A stretch of DNA of 40,983 bases, taken from IMG/VR virus record IMGVR_UViG_3300020046_003171, positions 1-40,983 of that record. One strand, 5' to 3'. A model generated the notes under the pieces. The model worked only from the letters and a program-made list of their open reading frames with translations. It did not search any database and was not told the DNA's origin. This document shows, piece by piece, positions 9,053-15,953 of this stretch. The position numbers and the translations under genes were made by a program. Numbering within the stretch: the stretch's first letter is position 1; each line of letters opens with the position of its first letter. This DNA comes from a virus.

Positions 9053-9282
9053 CAGAAATCTTCAACGCAGACAGCGCAAGAGCACTTATGAAAGACGTCG
9101 ATAACAATTCTTACTACATTGACGCAATAAGAAGAATAAAATGCGCAGCTCAAGAAGCATACAACGAGGTAACAATTAACTTAGTTCGTCCAGAAGTTGA
9201 AAACAAACTCAAAACACTAGGATTTAAAGTTAGCAGTTATACTGCAAAATCTGGCTCTAGCTATACGAAAATAGAATGGTGA
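9049..9282 (+). CDS. Hypothetical early protein (77 aa)
   Basis: Coupled to the upstream gene by an ATGA overlap. Confidence 0.5.
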   Translation: MTEIFNADSARALMKDVDNNSYYIDAIRRIKCAAQEAYNEVTINLVRPEVENKLKTLGFKVSSYTAKSGSSYTKIEW

Positions 9283-9287
9283 ACATA

Positions 9288-9395
9288 ATGGATGATTACA
9301 ACGAAACCTACGAACTCCCTCCCCGCGAAGGCGATAAAAAAACCGACGAGGAAGGCGACTGGTATTTTGAAGACGGACAATGGTGGTCAGAATGA
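9288..9395 (+). CDS. Acidic micro-protein (35 aa, below ORF-track cutoff)
   Basis: Hand-translated as MDDYNETYELPPREGDKKTDEEGDWYFEDGQWWSE. It fills a gap, and its TGA overlaps the next ATG. Confidence 0.45.
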   Translation: MDDYNETYELPPREGDKKTDEEGDWYFEDGQWWSE

Positions 9396-9604
9396 AATTA
9401 GAAGACATTATAGACGATGTTAATGAACTAATTAACGACATACAGCAAATTAGTGTGATTACAATGGATGAAAACAAAATTGATAAGTATGGAATTTTAG
9501 TAGCTCTTGAAAAAATTAAAACAAAGCTACAATACGCAGAATCCGATATCCGCTTAATTAAAGAATCCATCGATGAAAAATTCAAATTGATAGGGATTTG
9601 GTGA
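9392..9604 (+). CDS. Hypothetical early protein (70 aa)
   Basis: Start set at ATG 9392 (ATGA overlap with the preceding micro-ORF). Predicted coiled-coil-like sequence. Confidence 0.5.
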   Translation: MKLEDIIDDVNELINDIQQISVITMDENKIDKYGILVALEKIKTKLQYAESDIRLIKESIDEKFKLIGIW

Positions 9605-9789
9605 TGGTAACTGTTGAGCGCCTTATTAAAATTTTAGGTTTCTATAATCCAGAGTTATTAGTTTTGATTCAAATGGAAGGCTTTGAGGATATTAAGTTAT
9701 CAAGAATAGGAACCCTTGATTTTAAAGTCGAAATAGTTGAAGAGGAACTAAGTGGGTACGTAGCATTAAGGGGTATTCCAGAAGAATGA
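9604..9789 (+). CDS. Small early protein (61 aa), member of the 4-copy family
   Basis: Start at ATG 9604 (TGATG overlap). The protein begins MVTVERLIKILGFYNPELLVLI. Confidence 0.5.
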   Translation: MVTVERLIKILGFYNPELLVLIQMEGFEDIKLSRIGTLDFKVEIVEEELSGYVALRGIPEE

Positions 9790-9995
9790 GACACGTCTAC
9801 TTTATATCCTCAGACGGCGGCACCTGGTACGACATCGATATTCACAGAGTCATCCCCTTTCGTAAAATTTACCAGCTTGCGAAAGGCCTTGAAGAACATA
9901 CAGGAAAATTCATGAAACTGATTTTAGTCGAGAAAGACGGCTCAGAATCAGACATAACAGAATGGGTGTACAAAAAAGCCGAGGGGCTTAGATGA
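9786..9995 (+). CDS. Hypothetical early protein (69 aa)
   Basis: ATGA-coupled ORF. Confidence 0.5.
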   Translation: MRHVYFISSDGGTWYDIDIHRVIPFRKIYQLAKGLEEHTGKFMKLILVEKDGSESDITEWVYKKAEGLR

Positions 9996-10174
9996 AGCAT
10001 GAATTAGTTGGCTCCATGATTGGGAGGATTATGTGGGAATTTACTTTTATCCTGATGTTTCTATCAAAGATATTTGATTATGGAAAATTCTCATGGTGGT
10101 GGCTTCTAGTTCCTTACATCTTTTCATGCTCATGCCAATATACTTTAAATGAGAGAACCAATAATGAACATTAA
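9992..10174 (+). CDS. Small membrane protein (60 aa)
   Basis: Two hydrophobic stretches (WEFTFILMFLSKIF and WWWLLVPYIF). ATGA-coupled. Confidence 0.5.
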   Translation: MKHELVGSMIGRIMWEFTFILMFLSKIFDYGKFSWWWLLVPYIFSCSCQYTLNERTNNEH

Positions 10175-10460
10175 ACTTTACAGCGAAAAAGAAAACATCT
10201 TAAAACCCATACGACTTAAGCTCACCACCATAAAGACCCATGAATCTGGAAAAGAATCTGATTTAAATCACCCCGCGCTTATCTGTGTCGACGAGGTGGG
10301 AAAGAAAATAACCACCTTGCTGTATTTTCACATGGGCAGAGGTGGCATGATTCCATGCGATGGCACAAAAGAAGAATTAATTGCCAGGGGTTATGATATA
10401 TCTGGCTTGCATTTTGACAAACAAGGCGCAATTCGATTTAAAGAGATTGGAGAAATTTAA
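10164..10460 (+). CDS. Hypothetical early protein (98 aa; alternative start 10149)
   Basis: ATG 10164 has a GAGAG upstream and an 11-nt overlap with the preceding gene. The longest-ORF start at 10149 lacks an SD. Confidence 0.5.
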   Translation: MNIKLYSEKENILKPIRLKLTTIKTHESGKESDLNHPALICVDEVGKKITTLLYFHMGRGGMIPCDGTKEELIARGYDISGLHFDKQGAIRFKEIGEI

Positions 10461-10688
10461 ATGTTAATTAAATTCATCTACCGCAAACAATTTGGCCGTG
10501 AAATGCTCTATCCTGACAATGAAGCAGCCGAACACGCATGCGCTATTGCAGAACGAAAAGTATTTAAAATGGTTCGAATTAAAGACTTACTGGCTTTGGG
10601 ACATGAGGTTCAAGTGACTAACGACTCTAACGAACCCATAGATTTAAATTCTAGCTTAGCCTTGAATGATGTAAAAATTAAAGTATGA
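10461..10688 (+). CDS. Hypothetical early protein (75 aa)
   Basis: The ATG directly follows the upstream TAA. Confidence 0.5.
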   Translation: MLIKFIYRKQFGREMLYPDNEAAEHACAIAERKVFKMVRIKDLLALGHEVQVTNDSNEPIDLNSSLALNDVKIKV

Positions 10689-10819
10689 TGACCTCAAGCC
10701 AGTCTCTCGTTAATGACAAGTCAAAACCTCATGAGAGGCTGCGCTTACCGAATTGCCGCTAGTTTATTGTAAAACGCATGTGCTGCGATGTTACAGCTAA
10801 CCAACCTGGTGCATGAGAT

Positions 10820-10846
10820 GTAGGGAGCCCCTACGCGGCTTTTTAT
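10820..10846 (+). terminator. Possible intrinsic terminator after the plus early operon
   Basis: GTAGGG-AGC-CCCTAC hairpin, then GCGGC and TTTTT (10840-10844). The stem is not adjacent to the T-run, so this is uncertain. Confidence 0.35.
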
Positions 10847-10849
10847 TAC

Positions 10850-10966
10850 GGGAATCGTGGTGGAATTGGTAAACACTGTATAAATGAAATAGGTGTATTA
10901 GCCTACGCCGAAAACCGAGAAGATTTCATTTTGACACATTACAGGTTCAAGTCCTGTCGATTCCCA
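10850..10966 (+). tRNA. tRNA-like gene with canonical acceptor, D and T arms but no canonical anticodon loop (~117 nt)
   Basis: The acceptor stem GGAATCG/CGATTCC has an extra G(-1) opposite C73. Position 8 is U, and the D arm is GTG-AATTGGTAA-CAC. The T arm is ACAGG-TTCAAGT-CCTGT. The anticodon arm is replaced by an extended helix (AAATGAAAT/ATTTCATTT) capped by the hairpin GGTGTA-TTAGCC-TACGCC. Confidence 0.5.
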
Positions 10967-11053
10967 ATCTATATAGAAAATGTCGTTTCCGTGTACATGT
11001 TTTTCGGATATGTATATAAAACGTCAAAAAATCGACACATAAGGAAATTCAGA

Positions 11054-11281
11054 ATGACTGAATTTAACGCCGCGGAACTTAAAGAGCTTTGTAAGTTTGG
11101 CCGAAAAGACTTAACACCAAAGCAAATCTCTGGCATGGAAAGTATTAATAAAGCGTGTCAGGCCTTTATGGAGACCATCTATCTTTCATCCCCGCGCTCT
11201 GCAGACCAGTCCGCCGCGATTCGCTCAGCTCGGTTAGCCGCTATGCAGGCAAATGCCGCGATTGTTTGGGATTCTGAATAA
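11054..11281 (+). CDS. Hypothetical protein (75 aa)
   Basis: Start moved to ATG 11054 because an AAGGA lies 8 nt upstream. The longer ORF from 10931 would overlap the tRNA-like element. Confidence 0.55.
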   Translation: MTEFNAAELKELCKFGRKDLTPKQISGMESINKACQAFMETIYLSSPRSADQSAAIRSARLAAMQANAAIVWDSE

Positions 11282-11284
11282 ACA

Positions 11285-11581
11285 TCATCCCTTTCTACCA
11301 AAACACCAACTAAAGCAACCTGAGCGCTTCTCTTTCTGCTCAGTGATTTTTTTATCGTCAGTCGCTAATTTATCCCAAGCGGACGTATCGTCGATTTCAA
11401 CCGAATGCGAATCGGTTTTGGTAATTTTATAATGATGAGTTATATCTCTGGATTTATGAGAAATCATATTCTCAATATCCGACTTTGTTTTTTCAGAATG
11501 AGACTCAACTTTGGCGCTTGCTTCAAGCTCGCCCTTGAGCTCCGATAATGCGGCACCGACCGCGCTTCCTGCGATAGCCAT
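11285..11581 (-). CDS. Hypothetical protein (98 aa)
   Basis: An SD GAGGTG lies upstream of the ATG. It converges on the plus-strand gene with only 3 nt between the stops. Confidence 0.55.
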   Translation of the reverse strand: MAIAGSAVGAALSELKGELEASAKVESHSEKTKSDIENMISHKSRDITHHYKITKTDSHSVEIDDTSAWDKLATDDKKITEQKEKRSGCFSWCFGRKG

Positions 11582-11607
11582 GATTCACCTCTCGCTTTAA
11601 TCGTAGC

Positions 11608-11820
11608 TCAGTAACTCCGATATGAGTAGTGAGGCATTTTATCAGTATATACTAACTTATGTTTTGCACCTTGCTTAATTAACTTCTCGTTAATGCGCAT
11701 TACTGCATTTCGAATCTCGGTATATCCTGGCTTTAAGTCATCGGCCAATCCTGGCCAGTCCCCAACCATAGGGTCAGCAGTTGCCGCTTTGTAGGGTGCG
11801 CTCATAGTTGCTTGCCTCAT
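11608..11820 (-). CDS. Hypothetical protein (70 aa; start uncertain)
   Basis: ORF without a clear SD. An internal ATG at 11805 is also possible. Confidence 0.4.
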   Translation of the reverse strand: MRQATMSAPYKAATADPMVGDWPGLADDLKPGYTEIRNAVMRINEKLIKQGAKHKLVYTDKMPHYSYRSY

Positions 11821-11921
11821 TTTAATGAAGTGCGATACGTTGGAATTGCCAACTATCTAAAACTTCATTGAGTTCTCCGCTCACACCCTACGTGCCTAAG
11901 CTCTGTTACTAACGATAAACT

Positions 11922-11948
11922 AGCCCGGTTGTCCTTCCGGGCTTTTTT
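11922..11948 (+). terminator. Canonical intrinsic terminator on the plus strand
   Basis: AGCCCGG-TTGTCCTT-CCGGGCT followed by TTTTTT (11943-11948). It lies inside a 330-nt non-coding gap of the minus-strand block. Confidence 0.7.
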
Positions 11949-12149
11949 ATATCCAACATTTAACAGAGCTTATTAGAGGAATTAACAAGCACCCCCAGCG
12001 AAGCCCCGTAGATACTGGGTTCTTATCTTTTAACATCTTGCTACTAATTTCAAAAAATCGGTAACACCGTTGCAAGCCAAACAACCAACCCAGAAAAAAA
12101 CACCGCACACAGACCAACCCCTAACATTTTAAGACCAGTAACAACTAAG

Positions 12150-12395
12150 TTAATCTTCTCGCACATTCTTGCATTCCTTTCTCATCAAGCTGTAACGAAA
12201 GTTAATCAGAAGCTCTACAGTCAATTCCGACGTATCAGGCGATAAATCGATAAGGTCTTTACGCAAAGTCTTACGGTGGGCTTCGCATGAAGAACAATGG
12301 CACAAAGTGGATAAAGCCTCTTCCTTCTCTGCCTTGGCAAAATCCAAGGCCGCTCTAGATTGGGCTTTCATGAAAAGGTTGAATTTATCTGTCAT
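12150..12395 (-). CDS. Hypothetical protein (81 aa)
   Basis: ORF with a CHCSSCEAH motif, coupled to the upstream gene. Confidence 0.5.
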   Translation of the reverse strand: MTDKFNLFMKAQSRAALDFAKAEKEEALSTLCHCSSCEAHRKTLRKDLIDLSPDTSELTVELLINFRYSLMRKECKNVRED

Positions 12396-12592
12396 AGCGC
12401 CTCCCCGAACAATTCCACATAACCCATTCTGGGAGAGCTGACACCAAAAGCTTCGGCGCCAATAATAGAACCTTCATTTTGGTATTTCCCATCATCATCC
12501 TTTGTCGTGAAAAGAACGGGGATATTATCGGGTATTCCCTCTAGGAATTTCTTAAGTGAACCAACTGTCATTGTTCTATCGGTCATACGCAC
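12392..12592 (-). CDS. Small protein (66 aa; GTG start, ATG alternatives), member of the 4-copy family
   Basis: Contains MTVGSLKKFLEGIPDNIPVLF. Confidence 0.5.
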   Translation of the reverse strand: MRMTDRTMTVGSLKKFLEGIPDNIPVLFTTKDDDGKYQNEGSIIGAEAFGVSSPRMGYVELFGEAL

Positions 12593-12842
12593 TACTCGCC
12601 CAATCTCCCTTAGGTTTCAAGTTATTTGGGATTTCCGAAACAGTCACAGAAGGCTTTGCAAGAATAGAAACAATCTCTCCAGCTAACAAAGCATCATACC
12701 GCTTTATTTCTTCGTACATTTCAGCCGTTAAGATTTTGACACCCTCGCGTGGATCGCGCGTGCCTCTCGCGTGAAGGCGTGACATCGCCTTATCTTCTGC
12801 TTTTCTGAATTCTTGCGTTCTTTTTTCCCAATCAGATTGCAT
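12576..12842 (-). CDS. Hypothetical protein (88 aa)
   Basis: Coupled ORF with charged, helical composition. Confidence 0.5.
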   Translation of the reverse strand: MQSDWEKRTQEFRKAEDKAMSRLHARGTRDPREGVKILTAEMYEEIKRYDALLAGEIVSILAKPSVTVSEIPNNLKPKGDWASSAYDR

Positions 12843-13551
12843 ATTGGTTCACCTTCATTCCCTTAGACCAAAAAATCTTCTTCAATTGCCACACGGTTCG
12901 TTGCTCATTTTCAATTGCCTTCGTTAAGTACCCTAGAATGTTCCAGATTGGTTTCTTTTTCGATAGGCGCATAAACCTTCGTAATATGCCGTTGAGCCGA
13001 TTATGGCCAATGGAGGTGCGCTTAATGGTCTGTTTAAGCCTTTCTCGATGACCTTCTGCCACTGGTAAGGTGTCGATAAAGGTTTCTGGGTCAATTTCTT
13101 CTTCAAGTTGTCCACAGTTTTCCTCGTTTATATTATCTAAGAGATTATTCTCTTCTCTCTTAAGAGGATCATAATAAGGAATAGGAGAATTCAGACTTGC
13201 GGTTAGACTTGCGCTTTGGTTTTCTAACCAAGAAAAACCACACAGGGTTATGCACCGCTTAGCAAACTGTTGCCCCATCTTTTTGACCTGAGAGAAGCCG
13301 CGCTTAACGAGATTGGCTAAAGCTCGGCAAATGGTCCATTCGGTTCGTTTAAAGCGCCTGGCGAGTTCCTTAAGGCTTCGTTCGGTGGAGACTCCGGCCA
13401 AATGGTCCTCATAAAGGATTTTTAACAAACAGAATTCTAGCCAAGGTAATCTAGTTGTTTGAGTTGTGTTAGCAGAATGTTCGCTAACATCAGATGAACG
13501 GCTTTGGAAGTTGTTGCTTTTTAAAAGATGTTCGTCGATAATCTCTGACAT
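12832..13551 (-). CDS. Winged-helix DNA-binding protein (239 aa), candidate replication initiator/organiser or regulator
   Basis: The segment LKELARRFKRTEWTICRALANLVKRGF looks like a wHTH recognition unit. It is the largest early protein apart from the recombination genes. The function is inferred. Confidence 0.4.
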   Translation of the reverse strand: MSEIIDEHLLKSNNFQSRSSDVSEHSANTTQTTRLPWLEFCLLKILYEDHLAGVSTERSLKELARRFKRTEWTICRALANLVKRGFSQVKKMGQQFAKRCITLCGFSWLENQSASLTASLNSPIPYYDPLKREENNLLDNINEENCGQLEEEIDPETFIDTLPVAEGHRERLKQTIKRTSIGHNRLNGILRRFMRLSKKKPIWNILGYLTKAIENEQRTVWQLKKIFWSKGMKVNQYAI

Positions 13552-13692
13552 TACTTGTTTCCTTGTGTTTTTCTAGGCACAAGGGGTAGTGATTGATTTT
13601 TCATTAGCAGGACGCTCCTATGAAGAGCGCGGTTTTAGAAAACAACTTTGGTCGGTAGGTTTCTAAAGCGCGCGTTAAGTTAAAGATGCTTC

Positions 13693-13721
13693 ACTCTATC
13701 CGTGTAGCTGATCGGATTCAA
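13693..13721 (-). promoter_or_regulatory. Possible sigma70-type promoter TTGAAT-17 nt-TAGAGT (minus strand)
   Basis: The hexamers read on the minus strand at 13721-13716 and 13698-13693, within a 183-nt non-coding gap upstream of the 239-aa gene. Confidence 0.3.
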
Positions 13722-13734
13722 GTCTGTTTACCGA

Positions 13735-14064
13735 TTAGTCCTTATCCAACCCAAATAATTTCCATTCACCATTCAATGGCTGCTTGCTATCGTTAAAAGC
13801 TCCCAAAGGGTCTTTTCCTAGATAATAAGCCTTGTTGTTGCTTATCTCGATTACAGCACCTTTGTTAATACAGCCATATCCAACCGTCTGCAAATCGCTC
13901 CAGTCGTACTTTCCGGTTTCTATGTCTATCCCTTTCACAAAAATACCCAAGGCCTTGTGAAGCCCTACATACGATTTGAGCCATCCATGCTTATGTACTG
14001 CGGTTCGTAGCTTCTTGCGATTAACGATTTTGTATTTAGTCTTGCGGGGAATTTTCATTTTCAA
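13735..14064 (-). CDS. Hypothetical protein (109 aa)
   Basis: ORF with a basic N-terminus. No recognisable family. Confidence 0.5.
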   Translation of the reverse strand: MKMKIPRKTKYKIVNRKKLRTAVHKHGWLKSYVGLHKALGIFVKGIDIETGKYDWSDLQTVGYGCINKGAVIEISNNKAYYLGKDPLGAFNDSKQPLNGEWKLFGLDKD

Positions 14065-14314
14065 TTCCTAAAAATATTTTCATTTCTTCCGTTCTCTCGC
14101 CGTTTTCGTCAGTGACATCGACTACGGAATACTCGGTATCTCCGCATGGGAACTTATGTATAAAACTTCCGGTAAAATAACCGTGTCTATTACAATCACA
14201 CTCATCATTTCCCTCTGACCAGAGAAATTCAGAAAACTCATGCTGTGGTTCAGCAAAAGTGATTTTACGGACCTCTCCGGTTTTATTGTGTTTTATATGA
14301 ACGATGTAGGTCAT
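14036..14314 (-). CDS. Hypothetical Cys-rich protein (92 aa)
   Basis: Start set at ATG 14314 (ATGA overlap with the upstream stop). Contains CDCNRH..FPCGD. Confidence 0.5.
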   Translation of the reverse strand: MTYIVHIKHNKTGEVRKITFAEPQHEFSEFLWSEGNDECDCNRHGYFTGSFIHKFPCGDTEYSVVDVTDENGERTEEMKIFLGIENENSPQD

Positions 14315-14577
14315 TTCATACCCCAAAACACAATTCCAGCAATAATAAATGAAAGCATAATAGCAAGTAGTGACTTGACTACAGCCGCCTCTAGCTTATC
14401 TATCTTTTTTTCTAACCTAAAAATATCTAAATCTAATTTGTCTCTCAAAAAAATATAAACATCGTTATTGTTGCCAACAACGGTTTTTTTTGTTCCGTCT
14501 GCATTGTGCAAGGTGTATGTAAAAGACTCATCTCTCATATTTAACATCTTCCAGCTTCCCCGTTTTGCCGCAACCAT
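14311..14577 (-). CDS. Membrane-anchored coiled-coil protein (up to 88 aa; start uncertain, ATG 14547 or 14538 likely)
   Basis: Has a C-terminal hydrophobic helix, SLLAIMLSFIIAGIVFWGM. Confidence 0.45.
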   Translation of the reverse strand: MVAAKRGSWKMLNMRDESFTYTLHNADGTKKTVVGNNNDVYIFLRDKLDLDIFRLEKKIDKLEAAVVKSLLAIMLSFIIAGIVFWGMK

Positions 14578-14731
14578 AGCAAACGTAGGTGCCCTGTGAC
14601 GGACACAAAACCATGCTCGGTGTGGTTTCTTGGTGGAAATAACAGCGCATTACCCAAGAGTTTCCCAAGGGGCTTAATTTAACGGCTTCGATAAAGTTTA
14701 ATTTATCGGCGAGTGTTTCAGATGCTTTCAT
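14528..14731 (-). CDS. Stand-alone DnaG/primase-type CHC2 zinc-finger protein (67 aa)
   Basis: CYFHQETTPSMVL......YVCYGCGKTG matches the CxxH-E-x-TPS...CxGCGxxG signature of zf-CHC2. No primase catalytic domain follows. Confidence 0.65.
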   Translation of the reverse strand: MKASETLADKLNFIEAVKLSPLGNSWVMRCYFHQETTPSMVLCPSQGTYVCYGCGKTGKLEDVKYER

Positions 14732-14955
14732 TCTTCAGGCTCCCACGAAATACTGTCGGCATATCTGCCTTCACTCAATTTTACAATATAACCCATGCTT
14801 TCAAGCCTTCTAAGAACTCCGTCAGAAATGCCGCGCTCTACAATTTTACCGAAACCTTGTCGTGCGCTTCCTCTTATTTTGCTCAAAACCTGGTTAAGCT
14901 CAAACTCATTACAGCGGTTTTGCAATGTAAGAGCTAATGCTTCAGATGCTTTCAT
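14728..14955 (-). CDS. Hypothetical protein (75 aa)
   Basis: Coupled ORF that begins with the same 15 nt (ATGAAAGCATCTGAA) as two other genes. Confidence 0.5.
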   Translation of the reverse strand: MKASEALALTLQNRCNEFELNQVLSKIRGSARQGFGKIVERGISDGVLRRLESMGYIVKLSEGRYADSISWEPEE

Positions 14956-15153
14956 TTAAACCTCAATGCATAAAGCAGCAAAATAGAACTGAGTAATACC
15001 CTCTCTATCGTTTCCTGGATATACCAAGGTCTTTACTTCTTGAATTGGGAAAAGAGCTCTAGAAAGTCTGGATCCTCTGAAGACCATTATAGGAACATCG
15101 CCATGTTCTTGCTTTATCGCCTCAAGCTGGGCTTGTAGTTCGGTTATGTTCAT
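14956..15153 (-). CDS. Small protein (65 aa), member of the 4-copy family
   Basis: Begins MNITELQAQLEAIKQEHGDVPIMVF. Confidence 0.5.
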   Translation of the reverse strand: MNITELQAQLEAIKQEHGDVPIMVFRGSRLSRALFPIQEVKTLVYPGNDREGITQFYFAALCIEV

Positions 15154-15344
15154 TCGCTTACGTTGTCCTCAATTTTAAACTTCTTTTTCAATGAGTTTCT
15201 TATGACCATGTATTCGATAGCATCGGCAGGATTAAAAGCTAACTTAAGAATACTTTCCTGAGTGTGAAAATATTGCACTAACGCTTCCTTAATATATAAA
15301 ATCTCAAGTTCGGTTAGCTCAATCTTCACTTGCCGCTTCCTCAA
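15150..15344 (-). CDS. Hypothetical protein (up to 64 aa; TTG at 15344 or GTG at 15329)
   Basis: ORF lacking an ATG start. The GTG at 15329 overlaps the upstream gene end by 11 nt. Confidence 0.4.
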   Translation of the reverse strand: MRKRQVKIELTELEILYIKEALVQYFHTQESILKLAFNPADAIEYMVIRNSLKKKFKIEDNVSE

Positions 15345-15498
15345 TTAAGCGTGTTAATTGTAAATATTCGGTTTCTAGCGCTCTCCATTCTTCGTATGCT
15401 ATCTGAACCCTGCTATACAATCTTCGGTGAATGGCTTTCATAATATCTTCTTTTGTAGTAGCGCCAAGTATGTCAAGTTCAGGGACATATACTGTCAT
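15319..15498 (-). CDS. Hypothetical protein (59 aa, below ORF-track cutoff)
   Basis: Hand-translated as MTVYVPELDILGATTKEDIMKAIHRRLYSRVQIAYEEWRALETEYLQLTRLIEEAASED. It fills a 150-nt gap, and its ATG overlaps the upstream TGA. Confidence 0.55.
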   Translation of the reverse strand: MTVYVPELDILGATTKEDIMKAIHRRLYSRVQIAYEEWRALETEYLQLTRLIEEAASED

Positions 15499-15767
15499 CT
15501 CACATCCCTCAGCGCCTTTCTTCTTAACTCTGCCATTTTTCCAGGATTCGGCTTTGGTATCTCTCGATTAGGATTCTTTCTTACGGCTTCAAACGCATGG
15601 ATGTAACCATTCTTAGTGTCCAGGTCTTTGTAGTATTGCGCCGTAGCTAGAATCGCATCCATCTCGGTATGGGGCTTAACTACGGGCTTAGGTCTGTGCG
15701 TGCACCAGTAAATTAAAGCGCCAACGCAGTAAGCAATCGCAAGGGATAGGCCATAATATTCAATCAT
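15495..15767 (-). CDS. Membrane-anchored protein (90 aa)
   Basis: Has an N-terminal hydrophobic helix, LSLAIAYCVGALIYW. Confidence 0.5.
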   Translation of the reverse strand: MIEYYGLSLAIAYCVGALIYWCTHRPKPVVKPHTEMDAILATAQYYKDLDTKNGYIHAFEAVRKNPNREIPKPNPGKMAELRRKALRDVR

Positions 15768-15770
15768 GAG

Positions 15771-15953
15771 TCAAACATCGCTATCAAAATAAAGGTCAAG
15801 ATAGTCACGGTTATACCGCCCCATGGACCAAGCCACATCCAAGAGCAACCTAAAATTATAGCCAATAATACAAGCATTATTTAACGATTCCTCCGCAGTT
15901 AACTTGACCGGGCTCCCATGGGCCGCTATCAGATTTGCATGGATTTGTTGCAT
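15771..15953 (-). CDS. Hypothetical protein (60 aa from ATG 15953) or 3' frame of a frameshifted gene
   Basis: The 81-aa ORF-track call starts at TTG. The first ATG is at 15953, and the ORF overlaps the 3' end of ORF 15877..16149 in another frame. Confidence 0.35.
   Translation of the reverse strand: MQQIHANLIAAHGSPVKLTAEESLNNACIIGYNFRLLLDVAWSMGRYNRDYLDLYFDSDV

Noticed and set aside
10850-10966. tRNA-like element as evidence of an attP site / temperate lifestyle
   Set aside because: No integrase, excisionase or CI-like repressor gene is detectable, so there is no support for integration.
10931-11053. N-terminal extension of the 116-aa ORF
   Set aside because: It overlaps the 3' half of the tRNA-like element and has odd composition. 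ATG 11054 has a proper AAGGA SD.
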